This document shows positions 19,627-28,733 of a stretch of DNA of 64,000 bases, one piece after another (positions within the stretch are counted from its first letter, which is position 1; each line of letters starts with the position of its first letter). The notes beneath the pieces are model-generated. The model had not been told where the DNA came from, did no database searches, and saw only the letters and a program-made list of their open reading frames with translations. Origin of the DNA: Acidobacteriota bacterium (lineage in GTDB: Bacteria; Acidobacteriota; UBA890; WLXD01). The stretch covers positions 3,712,001 to 3,776,000 of the forward strand of contig CBDFKD010000002.1 in NCBI GenBank assembly GCA_965248695.1, read 5' to 3'. The position numbers were made by a program, and so were the translations under genes.

Positions 19627-19643
19627 TTGAGACTGCGTCTCAA
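19627..19643. promoter_or_regulatory. Palindromic operator upstream of fur, candidate Fur-family box
   Basis: TTGAGAC-TGC-GTCTCAA perfect inverted repeat about 48 bp before the fur start. Confidence 0.55.
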
Positions 19644-19690
19644 TTCGGAGGCACGTCTGTCGCCGGCGAAAGGGGCCGAGGCTTCTCGCA

Positions 19691-20167
19691 ATGAGTGCAA
19701 CCAGCGTGCAATCAGGCCGGGGTCGGGCTGAGCTCTCGAGCGCCGCGCTCGATACGTTCCGCGACTATCTCGGCGCCCAAGGGCTGCGGTTCACGCAAGA
19801 GCGCGAAGAGGTCATCGGCGAGTTTCTGCGACTCGACACACACGTCGAGGCCGAGGAGCTGCTCCTACGGCTGCGAGCCGCCGGGTCGGCCGTATCGCGG
19901 GCGACCATCTACCGCACGCTCGAATTGCTGGTGCAGGCTGGGTTGGCTCGCAAGGTGCGCCTCGGCACGGACCACTACTACTACGAGCACATCCTCGGAA
20001 CCCGACAGCACGAACACATGATCTGCGTCGACTGCGGCAGGATCATCGAGTGGTTCGACCGGCAGCTGGACGAGCTGCTGGAAAAGAACCTCCAGCGGCA
20101 GCACTTCGTGGCCACGCGCTACACGGTACAGGTCTTTGGCTACTGCAAGGATTGCGCACCACGATAG
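19691..20167 (+). CDS. fur: Fur-family transcriptional regulator
   Basis: GLRFTQERE, VSRATIYRTLELL, HEHMICVDCG, GYCKDC. Confidence 0.9.
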   Translation: MSATSVQSGRGRAELSSAALDTFRDYLGAQGLRFTQEREEVIGEFLRLDTHVEAEELLLRLRAAGSAVSRATIYRTLELLVQAGLARKVRLGTDHYYYEHILGTRQHEHMICVDCGRIIEWFDRQLDELLEKNLQRQHFVATRYTVQVFGYCKDCAPR

Positions 20168-20195
20168 GCAACGTTCATCTGTTACAGGCCACTAG
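20162..20195. mobile_element. Solo MITE end (family A) between convergent genes
   Basis: CGATAGGCAACGTTCATCTGTTACAGGCCACTAG is identical to 17110-17143. Confidence 0.85.
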
Positions 20196-20773
20196 CCACC
20201 CCTGAGGTCGGCGCGTCCCTGAGTCGATCGTCCGGCCACGGAGCCGTCCCGTCGGGAGGTGCGGGCCGCCGGGCACTTTGCCAGCGCATCGAGCTCAGAC
20301 CGTAGCCACCGAATGTAGGTCCGATGACGCGGTCGCCTTTCGATAGCGCGGGCGCACAGTCCGGCTACGTCGCGACAGGCGTGACTCCAGTCTTGCCGCA
20401 GGCTCGGGGGCAGCGGGAGATAGCAAGGCTCCTCATCGAGGAACAGCGGGTCACGCGCCAGCGTCCAGATGTCGCACTGTATTTCCCCATGCGGCACCAA
20501 TCCGATCCCCTGTAGCAAGTGCGTGAGCTCGTGCGCCACGGTGTAGTGCGACGGCAGACGGCGGCGCAGGTCGAAGCGAACGATCATGTCCTCGAGCACG
20601 GCGATGCCGTCTGCGGAACGCGTGATGCCCACCGTAACGGCGTGTTCGTCAAGCTCTGGAAACAGCAATAGACAATGCTCGATGCGTCTCATGAGCGCGT
20701 CGGCTCGACGATGCCGCAGCAGTGGGCGCGTCGGTCGCGCCCGGGCGCCGAAGAGCGATAGTTGCGATCTCAC
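20192..20773 (-). CDS. Hypothetical HExxH (zincin-like) protein with N-terminal QLSLF motif
   Basis: TVAHELTHL and downstream HGEIQCD; MRSQLSLFG start. Confidence 0.65.
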   Translation of the reverse strand: MRSQLSLFGARARPTRPLLRHRRADALMRRIEHCLLLFPELDEHAVTVGITRSADGIAVLEDMIVRFDLRRRLPSHYTVAHELTHLLQGIGLVPHGEIQCDIWTLARDPLFLDEEPCYLPLPPSLRQDWSHACRDVAGLCARAIERRPRHRTYIRWLRSELDALAKCPAARTSRRDGSVAGRSTQGRADLRGG

Positions 20774-20901
20774 GCTGGAGCCGCCATCCGTTACGGGCCA
20801 CCCGGGTTGGACGTGCGCCGCATTGCATCCTGGGCGGCGACACGACAGGATCGTCCCATACCAAGCCTGTGTTCCGCAGGGGACGGTAACGCACCGGAGA
20901 G

Positions 20902-21906
20902 ATGCCAGTGCATCGTTTGGTTCCCTTGGCTCTTGCGGCGTTCATGGTCTCTGCTTGTCAGAACTGGGACCTGATGCGACCGGAGGAGACCGTCGGAGAG
21001 GCTGACCGCGCCTTCACTCGACTGGGTCCGGAGAACCGGTCGCCGCTGACGAACGCCCTAGCCCTGCGGCGGGTCGAGCGCATCACCGCGGCGCACGGAG
21101 CCGAGCGACTGCAGCTCGCAGAGCGCTTCTTTGAAGAATTTCCGGAAGCCAGGATGTTCGGCCTGGTGCACGAGCTGATAGGTGAGGCGCATCTCGCCGC
21201 ATTGGCGCATGAGGAGGCCGCAATCGCTTTCGAACGCGCCCTCACGCTCACTCGCACCGATCTTCTCGGCATACCGATCGAGAGCGCTCTGCCGTTGCAA
21301 CTCGGACTGGCGAAGGCGAGCGCCGGAGACCTGATCGGTGGCTCTACGATGCTGCTGCGGGCGAGCGTGGCGGACCGAGGCGAACGTCTGCAACAGGCCC
21401 TGCGGTGGGTATACTCGACCGAGGACTCGGCCGGGGGGAGCTTCGACGATTGGCTGCAGCGCGGCCGCGATAGCGTAGCGGTGATCGCGCCCGAGTTCTC
21501 GCTTCCCGGTCTCCAGCAGCCGCAGGTGGACCTGGCGTCCATGCGAGGCAGCGCCACGTTGCTGAACTTCTGGTCGCCGACCTGACTGGCGTGTCGTGAG
21601 GAGTTTCCTCACCTCGATGCGATCTACCGGGAGCTAGCCCCCGAGGGGCTGGCAGTGATCGCCGTCGACGTTTCCGACGATCTGGAGCGTGCGAGCCAGT
21701 TCTACGACGAGAACGATTTCTCCATACCGGCGGCGTTCGATCCCGGCCAGGAGATTTCGGCGCGCGCCTACGGTGTCATCGCCACGCCGACGAACTATCT
21801 GCTCGACGGGCGCGGCCGCATCGTCTGGCGGCATTACGGGTACAAGCGTGGCGACGAGGACGATGTGCGTCGTGAGATTGGCGAGGTCCTCGCCAAGGCC
21901 GAGTGA
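20902..21906 (+). CDS. Selenocysteine-containing TlpA/redoxin-family lipoprotein with helical (TPR-like) N-terminal domain
   Basis: ORFs 20902-21585 and 21655-21906 share a frame; reading through TGA 21583-21585 gives LLNFWSPT-U-LACREEFPHL...VIAVD...YGVIATPTNYLLDGRGRIV; lipobox VSAC. Confidence 0.85.
21590..21621 (+). promoter_or_regulatory. Putative bacterial SECIS hairpin
   Basis: Stem GTGAGGA/TCCTCAC with apical loop GTT starting 17 nt after the UGA; lower stem CGTGTC/GATGCG with two G-U pairs. Confidence 0.7.
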
Positions 21907-21921
21907 GTCGCGTCGCCGGCC

Positions 21922-24126
21922 TCAGGCGCTGCGTCGACGTCGTTGCCGGCGGGCGCGCATCTCTTCTTCTTTCATCTCGTCGATGACCTGGAAGAAGGCG
22001 TCCACCAGGTCGCCAGGCCATTCGGAGTCGCGTCCGTCGGTGATGATGCCACGTGCCACTTCGTCGGTGAACGCCGGGCGGTAGCTGCGGTCGGAAGTCA
22101 GCGCATGCCACACATCGCACAGCGAGATGATCTGCGATCCGGTCGGGATATCTTCGCCCGTCAGCCCGTGCGGATAGCCGGTGCCGTCCCAGCGCTCGTG
22201 GTGATGTAGCACCAGCGGCACGACTTCCTTGAGTGCCGGAAGGGGCTTGAGGATCTGCGCGCCGATCTCCGGATGCTGCTCGATCTGCATGCGTTCGCGG
22301 GTAGTCAGCGCGCCGGGCTTCTGCAGGATCTCATCGGGGATTCCGACCTTGCCGATGTCGTGCACGAGTGCCCCAAGCTCGACCGCGAGCGTCTCACGCT
22401 CGTTCAGGCCGACGGTACTGCAGAGCCTCCGGGTGAGGTCGGACACCTCGAGGGAGTGCTCACGCGTGTAGCTATCCTTGGACTCAACCGCCTCCATCAG
22501 CGCACGCAGAGACTGCTGCACCGCGGCGCTGTCGAGTTCCTGTTCCTCGTCGCGCAACATGCTGTCGAGCACCTGACGCGGGGCGTTGCCCTCTCCCGGC
22601 ATCAGCCGACGCGCGTTCACCGAGATCATCGCCTGGTAGACGCGGCCACTACCGCTCTCGTCGACGCCGGCGGCGTGGATTTGACTACCGCCCTCACCCT
22701 TGGCGACGTACATGGCGCGATCGGCCGCGTCCATGAAGCTGTCGGCGACCTCGCCGTCATCGGGGAAGGTCGCCACACCGATCGACACACGTACGGTGCA
22801 TGGAAGCTCGTCGGGTAGGTCCTCGAGCAGGATCAGCACCCGCTCTGCGCGCTCTACTGCCGTCTTCTTCTCCAGCGGCACGAGCGCAAAGAACTCGTCG
22901 CCGTCGTAGCGGCAGATCGCGTTGGCCATCGGGAGTGCGCGCGCCAGGCGCTGGCCGACCTCTCGGATGACGTCGTTGCCGACGACGTGGCCATGGTGAT
23001 CATTGATGGTCTTGAGGTTGTCGATGTCCACCATCACGAGCGACAGCGGTTTCGGCCGCTCGAGCTCGGCCTGTTCGGATAAAGCCTCGTCGAGCTCCTG
23101 GCGGAAGGTGTTGAAGTTCAGCAGGCCAGTGAGACCATCCAGACGGCTCCGCCGCCGCATTTCTTCGACCAGGTCGCAGCCCTGCAGATAGCCGGCCACC
23201 ATCAATGCGGCGGCCTTGCAGAAGGTTCGTTCTTCCTCCTGGAGGCTGAAGTCCTCACGCGCGTCGCGCAGGAAGAAAGCACCTACCACCACCTCGTTGT
23301 GCATGACCGGAACGACGAACCAGCTACGGAAGCGATGTGGCATCGGAAGGTGGCGGCGCACCTTTTCCCACAGCTTCGAAGGATCGTTGGGATGCAGCTC
23401 GGTGATCTCTCCAGAGGAGAGCGTCTCCTCGAGCTCCGGATAGTGCTTCAGCGCCAGTAGGAGCTGAACGCTCTGCTCGCCGTCGTCGGAGCAGGCGGCA
23501 AGATAAGCGTGCCGGTCTCCTTCGTTGAAGATCAGCGTCGAGCAACGCTCAGCGCGCAGCGTCTCGCGCAGCTTCCTGTTCACCGAGTTCAAGACACTAT
23601 GCGCGTTACCCGACGACAGAGCCAGCTGACCGATTTCGAGCAGCGCTTTTGTCCGGTCCCTTTCCGAGGCCACCTGATGAAAACGATGCGCCATCTTCCT
23701 GGTGACGTCGGTCATCCGATGGAACTGGTGCTGCTCGCGGCGGGCCTCGTCGGAGATCGTGCCGAAGAACAGACCCACTCCGAACAGGAATGGCAATCGG
23801 ATGAGCAGATCGGTTTGCCGCCACATCATGCCGCCGTGTTCGACTTGCAGCATGATCAAGTAGACGACGCAAACCCCCAGCGTGGCGATCACCGTATGGC
23901 CGAACTGGCTACTGATGCCGGCGATGATCAGTACGAGGAAGAAGAACAGGAAGAAATCGTTGGTCGTCTCTCCCGTAAACGCCACAGCTACGGTGACGAG
24001 GGCGAGGTCGGCCAGCGTGATGGGCCACCGCAGGCGCTCCCACTGGCCCGAGCGGACGGCCAGGCCGTAGCAAGCGAGGCTTAGCATCAGCACCACGACC
24101 ATCGAAATCTGCTGCCACGGTGCCAT
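21922..24126 (-). CDS. Membrane GAF-GGDEF-HD-GYP c-di-GMP signalling protein
   Basis: N-terminal TM helices, GAF-like region, DGLTGLLN, DIDNLKTINDHHGH, RYDGDEF, HDIGK, HHERWDGTGYP. Confidence 0.9.
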   Translation of the reverse strand: MAPWQQISMVVVLMLSLACYGLAVRSGQWERLRWPITLADLALVTVAVAFTGETTNDFFLFFFLVLIIAGISSQFGHTVIATLGVCVVYLIMLQVEHGGMMWRQTDLLIRLPFLFGVGLFFGTISDEARREQHQFHRMTDVTRKMAHRFHQVASERDRTKALLEIGQLALSSGNAHSVLNSVNRKLRETLRAERCSTLIFNEGDRHAYLAACSDDGEQSVQLLLALKHYPELEETLSSGEITELHPNDPSKLWEKVRRHLPMPHRFRSWFVVPVMHNEVVVGAFFLRDAREDFSLQEEERTFCKAAALMVAGYLQGCDLVEEMRRRSRLDGLTGLLNFNTFRQELDEALSEQAELERPKPLSLVMVDIDNLKTINDHHGHVVGNDVIREVGQRLARALPMANAICRYDGDEFFALVPLEKKTAVERAERVLILLEDLPDELPCTVRVSIGVATFPDDGEVADSFMDAADRAMYVAKGEGGSQIHAAGVDESGSGRVYQAMISVNARRLMPGEGNAPRQVLDSMLRDEEQELDSAAVQQSLRALMEAVESKDSYTREHSLEVSDLTRRLCSTVGLNERETLAVELGALVHDIGKVGIPDEILQKPGALTTRERMQIEQHPEIGAQILKPLPALKEVVPLVLHHHERWDGTGYPHGLTGEDIPTGSQIISLCDVWHALTSDRSYRPAFTDEVARGIITDGRDSEWPGDLVDAFFQVIDEMKEEEMRARRQRRRRSA

Positions 24127-24285
24127 GGGGCTGCCGTTGCCGTAGAGGACGAGGTAGGCGGAACCGATCAGGACAGGTGCAGCGGGTCATGACGACGCCG
24201 GCGTGCTGGCGATCGTCCGGCTTTGAACGAGACGACGCATTCACGGTACGGTCCTCGCTGGCGACGCTATGGCTCACTGATGCCC

Positions 24286-24401
24286 TCTAAAAGTTATTAT
24301 AAAGTACTTAAACTTGTTAATAATCGTAATAATGAATGATTTAAATATGTGAAGTCAATGATCTTCTTTAAAGAATTTAGAAAGATACTTAAGCCTATCA
24401 A
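24286..24401. promoter_or_regulatory. Strongly AT-rich divergent promoter region
   Basis: About 115 bp nearly all A/T in a GC-rich background, between divergent genes; contains palindrome TTCTTTAAAGAA. Confidence 0.5.
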
Positions 24402-24588
24402 TGGCCTCCCTGGCCTCTCCTGGCCGGCGCCGTAAGTGGGCCGTGATCGGACGCCCGGCCTGTATGGGATAATCCGCTCCAGGAGCCTGCCCATACCACC
24501 CGCGCCAGCGACGTGTCGCCCCGATCAAGTGTCTTGATTCAGTTCGCCGCGGCGACCTACCCGCCAGGCTGTACGGAGCGACGAACCC

Positions 24589-25920
24589 ATGGTTCCTGAC
24601 AGCAAGAAGCGAGCCTCGGATGGCGCGGAGGAGCGAGAGACGTTCTCGTCCGGCTGGGGGATGATCTTCGCGCTGCTAGGGGTCTCTATAGGGCTGGGCA
24701 ATTTCTGGCGCTTCCCCTACATGATGGGGATCTTCGGCGGCGGCGCATTCTTGGCGATCTACTTGCTGGTCGTGGTTACCGTCGGCGTGCCGGCGCTGCT
24801 CGCCGAGCTCACGCTCGGCCGAGCGACAGGCCGCGGCCCGGTGGAGGCGTTCGTGCGTGCCGGCATGCCCGCGGGACGCCAGATCGGGCAGCTGCTTTAC
24901 ATCGGCGTTGCAATGGCGATGACCTACTACCTTGTCGTGCTGGGATGGCTGCTCGCCTACTTCGCCATGTCGCTCGGCTGGGCGCTCGGTCTCAACGAGC
25001 TTTCCAGCGACACATTCGCTGCGCTACACGCGCGCTGGCCAGCGCAGATGCTGTGCTCGGCGATTGTCGGCGCGGCTGCTGCTGCGGTCGTTTCCAGGGG
25101 CGTTCGGCAGGGAATCGAACGTGTCAGCCGCTTCTCGCTCCCGGTGTTCGGCGTGCTCACGTTCGGGCTGGTGGCGTGGTCTGTGTCGCTCCCCGGTGCG
25201 GGGGAGGGCCTGCGCTACCTGTTTACGTTCGATTGGCGGGCGTTGACGCCGTTGGCGGTTATGGCAGCAGTGGGTCAGGCGTACTTCTCTCTCGGCCTCG
25301 GTGGCACCTTCTTGGTGATCTATGGGTCGTACCTACCGGCCGATGCTCCATTGCACAGGCGCGCCGTATCCACGGCGTTCGGCGACGTCCTGGCGAGCGT
25401 TATGGCGGCGCTGGTGGTGATTCCCGTCGCCTTTGCCTACGGGCTCTCGCCGGCGAGCGGTCCACCGTTGCTGTTCGAGGTGATGCCTGCCGCGTTCGTG
25501 GCCATGCCGGCCGGCCCCGTGTTCGGTGTTCTTTTTTTTCTGGGCCTCCTCTGCATCGCGTTTCTCTCGGGCGTTGCTGCTGTCGAGGTACTCGTCGGGT
25601 CACTCGCCGACTCTCTCGGCTGGAGCCGCAGTCGCTCAGCGTGGGCGGTATCGGCGGCGCTCGTGGTGGCCGGCCTGCCGGCGATGCTGTCGCTCGACTA
25701 CATCGTCTGGAGCGACCTCGTCTGGGGATCCACGATGCAGCCGGTAGGCAGCGTCGCGGCGGTGCTGGCGCTGGCCTGGGGATTGGGACTACCGGCGGTG
25801 CGCCGCCAACTGGTGGGGTCGGAGCCGGCACCCAGGTGGGTGAATGCCTGGTTCTTCTGGGTGCGCTACGTGGTCCCGGCAGCGGTTCTCGTAGCGCTGT
25901 TTTCCGGCTGGCTTGGCTAG
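24589..25920 (+). CDS. Sodium-dependent transporter (NSS/SNF, LeuT-like)
   Basis: GVSIGLGNFWRFPY, GGGAFLAIY, GQAYFSLGLG, YGSY, GPPLLF. Confidence 0.92.
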   Translation: MVPDSKKRASDGAEERETFSSGWGMIFALLGVSIGLGNFWRFPYMMGIFGGGAFLAIYLLVVVTVGVPALLAELTLGRATGRGPVEAFVRAGMPAGRQIGQLLYIGVAMAMTYYLVVLGWLLAYFAMSLGWALGLNELSSDTFAALHARWPAQMLCSAIVGAAAAAVVSRGVRQGIERVSRFSLPVFGVLTFGLVAWSVSLPGAGEGLRYLFTFDWRALTPLAVMAAVGQAYFSLGLGGTFLVIYGSYLPADAPLHRRAVSTAFGDVLASVMAALVVIPVAFAYGLSPASGPPLLFEVMPAAFVAMPAGPVFGVLFFLGLLCIAFLSGVAAVEVLVGSLADSLGWSRSRSAWAVSAALVVAGLPAMLSLDYIVWSDLVWGSTMQPVGSVAAVLALAWGLGLPAVRRQLVGSEPAPRWVNAWFFWVRYVVPAAVLVALFSGWLG

Positions 25921-25926
25921 CAGGCC

Positions 25927-26511
25927 GTGCGGGTGCTGGTTCTCGACAACTACGATTCCTTTACTTGGAACCTGGTACAGATGATGGCTGCCCAGGGTGC
26001 CGAGTGCACCGTTCGCCGGTCCGACGCCGTGACCATCGACCAGGTAGCCGCCATGCGGCCGGAACGCATCGTGCTGTCGCCAGGTCCGTTCGGGCCGGAG
26101 CGGGCAGGCATCTGTCGCGCGGTGGTCGATCAGCTGTCCGTGCGCATACCGACTCTTGGTGTGTGCCTTGGAATGCAGGTGATCGCCGTGGCCGCGGGCG
26201 CCCGCGTGAGGAGTTCCGGCGCGCCGGTACACGGCAAGCTACGGTCGGTGCACCATTGCGGGACGGGAGTGCTACGCGGGCTCTCCAGCCCCCTGCAAGT
26301 GGGGCTCTATCACTCGCTGATCGTCGATCCGGTGAGCGTTGGGGATGACCTCGAGATCACCGCGACCGGTGATGATGGGGACGTCATCATGGGATGCCGC
26401 ATGGTCGATCGGCGAGCCGAAGGGGTGCTCTTCCACCCCGAGTCGTTCCTGACCGAGTGCGGCGGCCGGGTCCTGGCGAATTTCCTCGACGGATCGGATG
26501 TGGTCGGATAG
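25927..26511 (+). CDS. pabA: Aminodeoxychorismate/anthranilate synthase glutamine amidotransferase component II
   Basis: LDNYDSFTWNL, LSPGP, LGVCLGMQ, YHSL, FHPES. Confidence 0.88.
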   Translation: MRVLVLDNYDSFTWNLVQMMAAQGAECTVRRSDAVTIDQVAAMRPERIVLSPGPFGPERAGICRAVVDQLSVRIPTLGVCLGMQVIAVAAGARVRSSGAPVHGKLRSVHHCGTGVLRGLSSPLQVGLYHSLIVDPVSVGDDLEITATGDDGDVIMGCRMVDRRAEGVLFHPESFLTECGGRVLANFLDGSDVVG

Positions 26512-27919
26512 GCCGAGCGCCGCGGCGCGTGCGGCCACACGTTCACTCTTGTCCGACTGGATACCGGATCCGGGCGACGGCCAACCGTTGGGGCGCATCC
26601 CGCTCGGCATGCCCTGCGCTGCGACGGAGCTCGCCGAGGCCTTGCACAACGAGACCGGCTTCGTGTGGCTCGACGGTGCCGACCAAGGGCGCACTCTCTT
26701 CGCCCTCGATCCAGTCGCGGTTCTCGCAGCCCACGGATCGTCGACGACGCTGTGCCACGCGAGCGAGGAGACGCGTCTGCCGATCGATGCCTTCGGCGCC
26801 CTCGAGGTGCTCTTCGATCTGCTGCCGACGGGGACGCGGCTGTTCGGCTACCTGGGATACGAGCTTGCAGCACTCCTGGAGGAGCTTCCCGAGTTCCCGG
26901 CGGCCGATGCCCGGGTACCCGACCTGCACATGGGCGTCTATGACGCCTGGCTCGAAGGCGGCGACGGGCAGTGGGTTCTCACCGGGTCAGCCGTCGAGGA
27001 CCGCATGGTGGCCATGCGCGGGCGCATCGAGGCGCTGCTGAGGCAATCGCGCCGGAGCGCCGGCCGAGGTCGCCGCCATGCGCCGACCCTCTTCATGGAC
27101 GATGTCTCGAGCGTTCCCGACGGCCCTGGCTTCGAGGCCGCGGTGCGACGAACCCTGGAGCGCATAGGCGCCGGTGAGATCTTCGAGACGAATCTGTGCC
27201 GTCGCTTCTCCGCCCCATGGTCGTTGACCGATGCCTGGGAGCTCTACCGGCGGCTACGCGCTGCCAGCCCGGCGGAGTATGGCGCCTACCTGCGACTTCC
27301 GGATGCGGCGGTGTTGTCGATTAGCCCTGAGTGCTTTCTCAGGCTTCGTGGCCGGGCGGTCGAGAGCCGCCCGATCAAGGGCACGAGGGGGCGTTCCGAT
27401 CCACAGCAAGACGCCGCCGTTGTCGCCGAGTTGCGCGGTAGCGAAAAGGACACGGCTGAGCTCGCGATGATCGTCGATCTGGTGCGCAACGATCTGGGTC
27501 GGGTCAGCGTTCCCGGGAGCGTTGTCGTGAGCCAGTTCGCCGCCCCGATGATTCTCCCGACGGTGATCCACACGGTGGCTCAGGTGACTGCTCGGCTGAG
27601 GCCGGAGGTGGGGCCGGCGGACCTGCTGCGTGCGACGTTCCCCCCAGGCTCGATCACCGGCGCCCCCAAGATCCAAGCGATGAAGGTATCCGCCGCCGAG
27701 GAGCCGCTCCGGCGCGGGCCGGCGATGGGAGCGATCGGTTGGATCGACGCTGCTGGCGACCTGGAGATGTCGGTTGCGATACGCACCGCGGTCGTGACCA
27801 CCGACCGCGTCGACTACCATGCTGGCGGCGGCATCGTGGCGGATTCAGATCCGCTGGCCGAGCGCGAGGAGACGATGGCGAAGGCGCGCGCGTTCTTGCA
27901 GGCATTGGGAGTTGGTTGA
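26498..27919 (+). CDS. pabB: Aminodeoxychorismate synthase component I
   Basis: GYLGYEL, SPECFL, SRPIKGT, AELAMIVDLVRNDLG, FPPGSITGAPK, AGGGIV. Confidence 0.88.
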   Translation: MWSDRPSAAARAATRSLLSDWIPDPGDGQPLGRIPLGMPCAATELAEALHNETGFVWLDGADQGRTLFALDPVAVLAAHGSSTTLCHASEETRLPIDAFGALEVLFDLLPTGTRLFGYLGYELAALLEELPEFPAADARVPDLHMGVYDAWLEGGDGQWVLTGSAVEDRMVAMRGRIEALLRQSRRSAGRGRRHAPTLFMDDVSSVPDGPGFEAAVRRTLERIGAGEIFETNLCRRFSAPWSLTDAWELYRRLRAASPAEYGAYLRLPDAAVLSISPECFLRLRGRAVESRPIKGTRGRSDPQQDAAVVAELRGSEKDTAELAMIVDLVRNDLGRVSVPGSVVVSQFAAPMILPTVIHTVAQVTARLRPEVGPADLLRATFPPGSITGAPKIQAMKVSAAEEPLRRGPAMGAIGWIDAAGDLEMSVAIRTAVVTTDRVDYHAGGGIVADSDPLAEREETMAKARAFLQALGVG

Positions 27920-28733
27920 GCGCCGCGCGTTCCTCAACGGCGAGCTGCGGGCCACTGACGAGGCTCGAATCGCCTGCGACGATGCCGGTTTCCTCGTCGG
28001 CGACGGGCTGTTCGAAACGCTACGAGTCAACGGTCGTCGGCCGCTGGACACGGAAGCCCATCTGGATCGTATGTTCGAGGGCCTGGCGCGGATCCGACTG
28101 GCGATTCCGGAGAACCGCGTGGCGCTGCGCTCCGCCATCGAGGCGGTGGCACGGACAGCGCCCGAGCCGGCTGCGCGTCTGCGAGTCACGGTGACGCGCG
28201 GCGGTCCGGACAGCGGCCCGACTCGGCTTGTCGTTGCGGTTCCGTATGATCCGCCGACTCCCGATGCCTACGACAACGGTGTCGAAGTGGCCGTGATCCG
28301 AGAGCTTCCCGTCGATCACCGCGATCCTCTGAGGCAACTAAAGTCGATCTCGTGGCAACGCCAATCGCTGGCGCTGGCGATGGCGAACGAGCTCGGCGCT
28401 TTCGAGGGGATCCTGCTCAACCATCGGGGCAGAGTGGCGGAGGGAGCGCGTAGCAACGTCATCGCTCGACTCGGTGATCGGGTCGTGACACCACCGCTCG
28501 ACGACGGCTGCCTTGCCGGCACCGTCCGGCGCCGCCTGCTCGAGAGTGGCCTCGTCGTGGAGGCTCGACTACGGGAGAAGGACCTGATGGACGCCGACGA
28601 GCTGGGGCTGGTCAACAGCCTGATTGGGGCCTTGCCCGTCGGCGCTGTCGGGTCACGGCAGCGAGCCGTCGGAGGGTTCACAGCGCCACTTCGTGCCGCG
28701 CTGTCAGCGTTCGGGTGGGCGGAGGTCGCTTGA
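27912..28733 (+). CDS. pabC: Class IV aminotransferase / 4-amino-4-deoxychorismate lyase
   Basis: GDGLFETLR, HLDR, LKS, EGARSN, GCLAGTVR, NSL; follows pabAB. Confidence 0.8.
   Translation: MVERRAFLNGELRATDEARIACDDAGFLVGDGLFETLRVNGRRPLDTEAHLDRMFEGLARIRLAIPENRVALRSAIEAVARTAPEPAARLRVTVTRGGPDSGPTRLVVAVPYDPPTPDAYDNGVEVAVIRELPVDHRDPLRQLKSISWQRQSLALAMANELGAFEGILLNHRGRVAEGARSNVIARLGDRVVTPPLDDGCLAGTVRRRLLESGLVVEARLREKDLMDADELGLVNSLIGALPVGAVGSRQRAVGGFTAPLRAALSAFGWAEVA

Noticed and set aside
21655-21906. Independent 83-aa ORF
   Set aside because: It is the C-terminal half of the thioredoxin fold, in frame with the upstream ORF across the UGA.
24286-24401. oriC or dif site
   Set aside because: No TTATCCACA-like box cluster, no XerC/XerD consensus and no dnaA or parAB context.
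24945-26348. Long Arg/Gly-rich alternative-frame ORFs (this and many similar ones in the track)
   Set aside because: Expected in high-GC DNA; they overlap well-supported genes and lack motifs.
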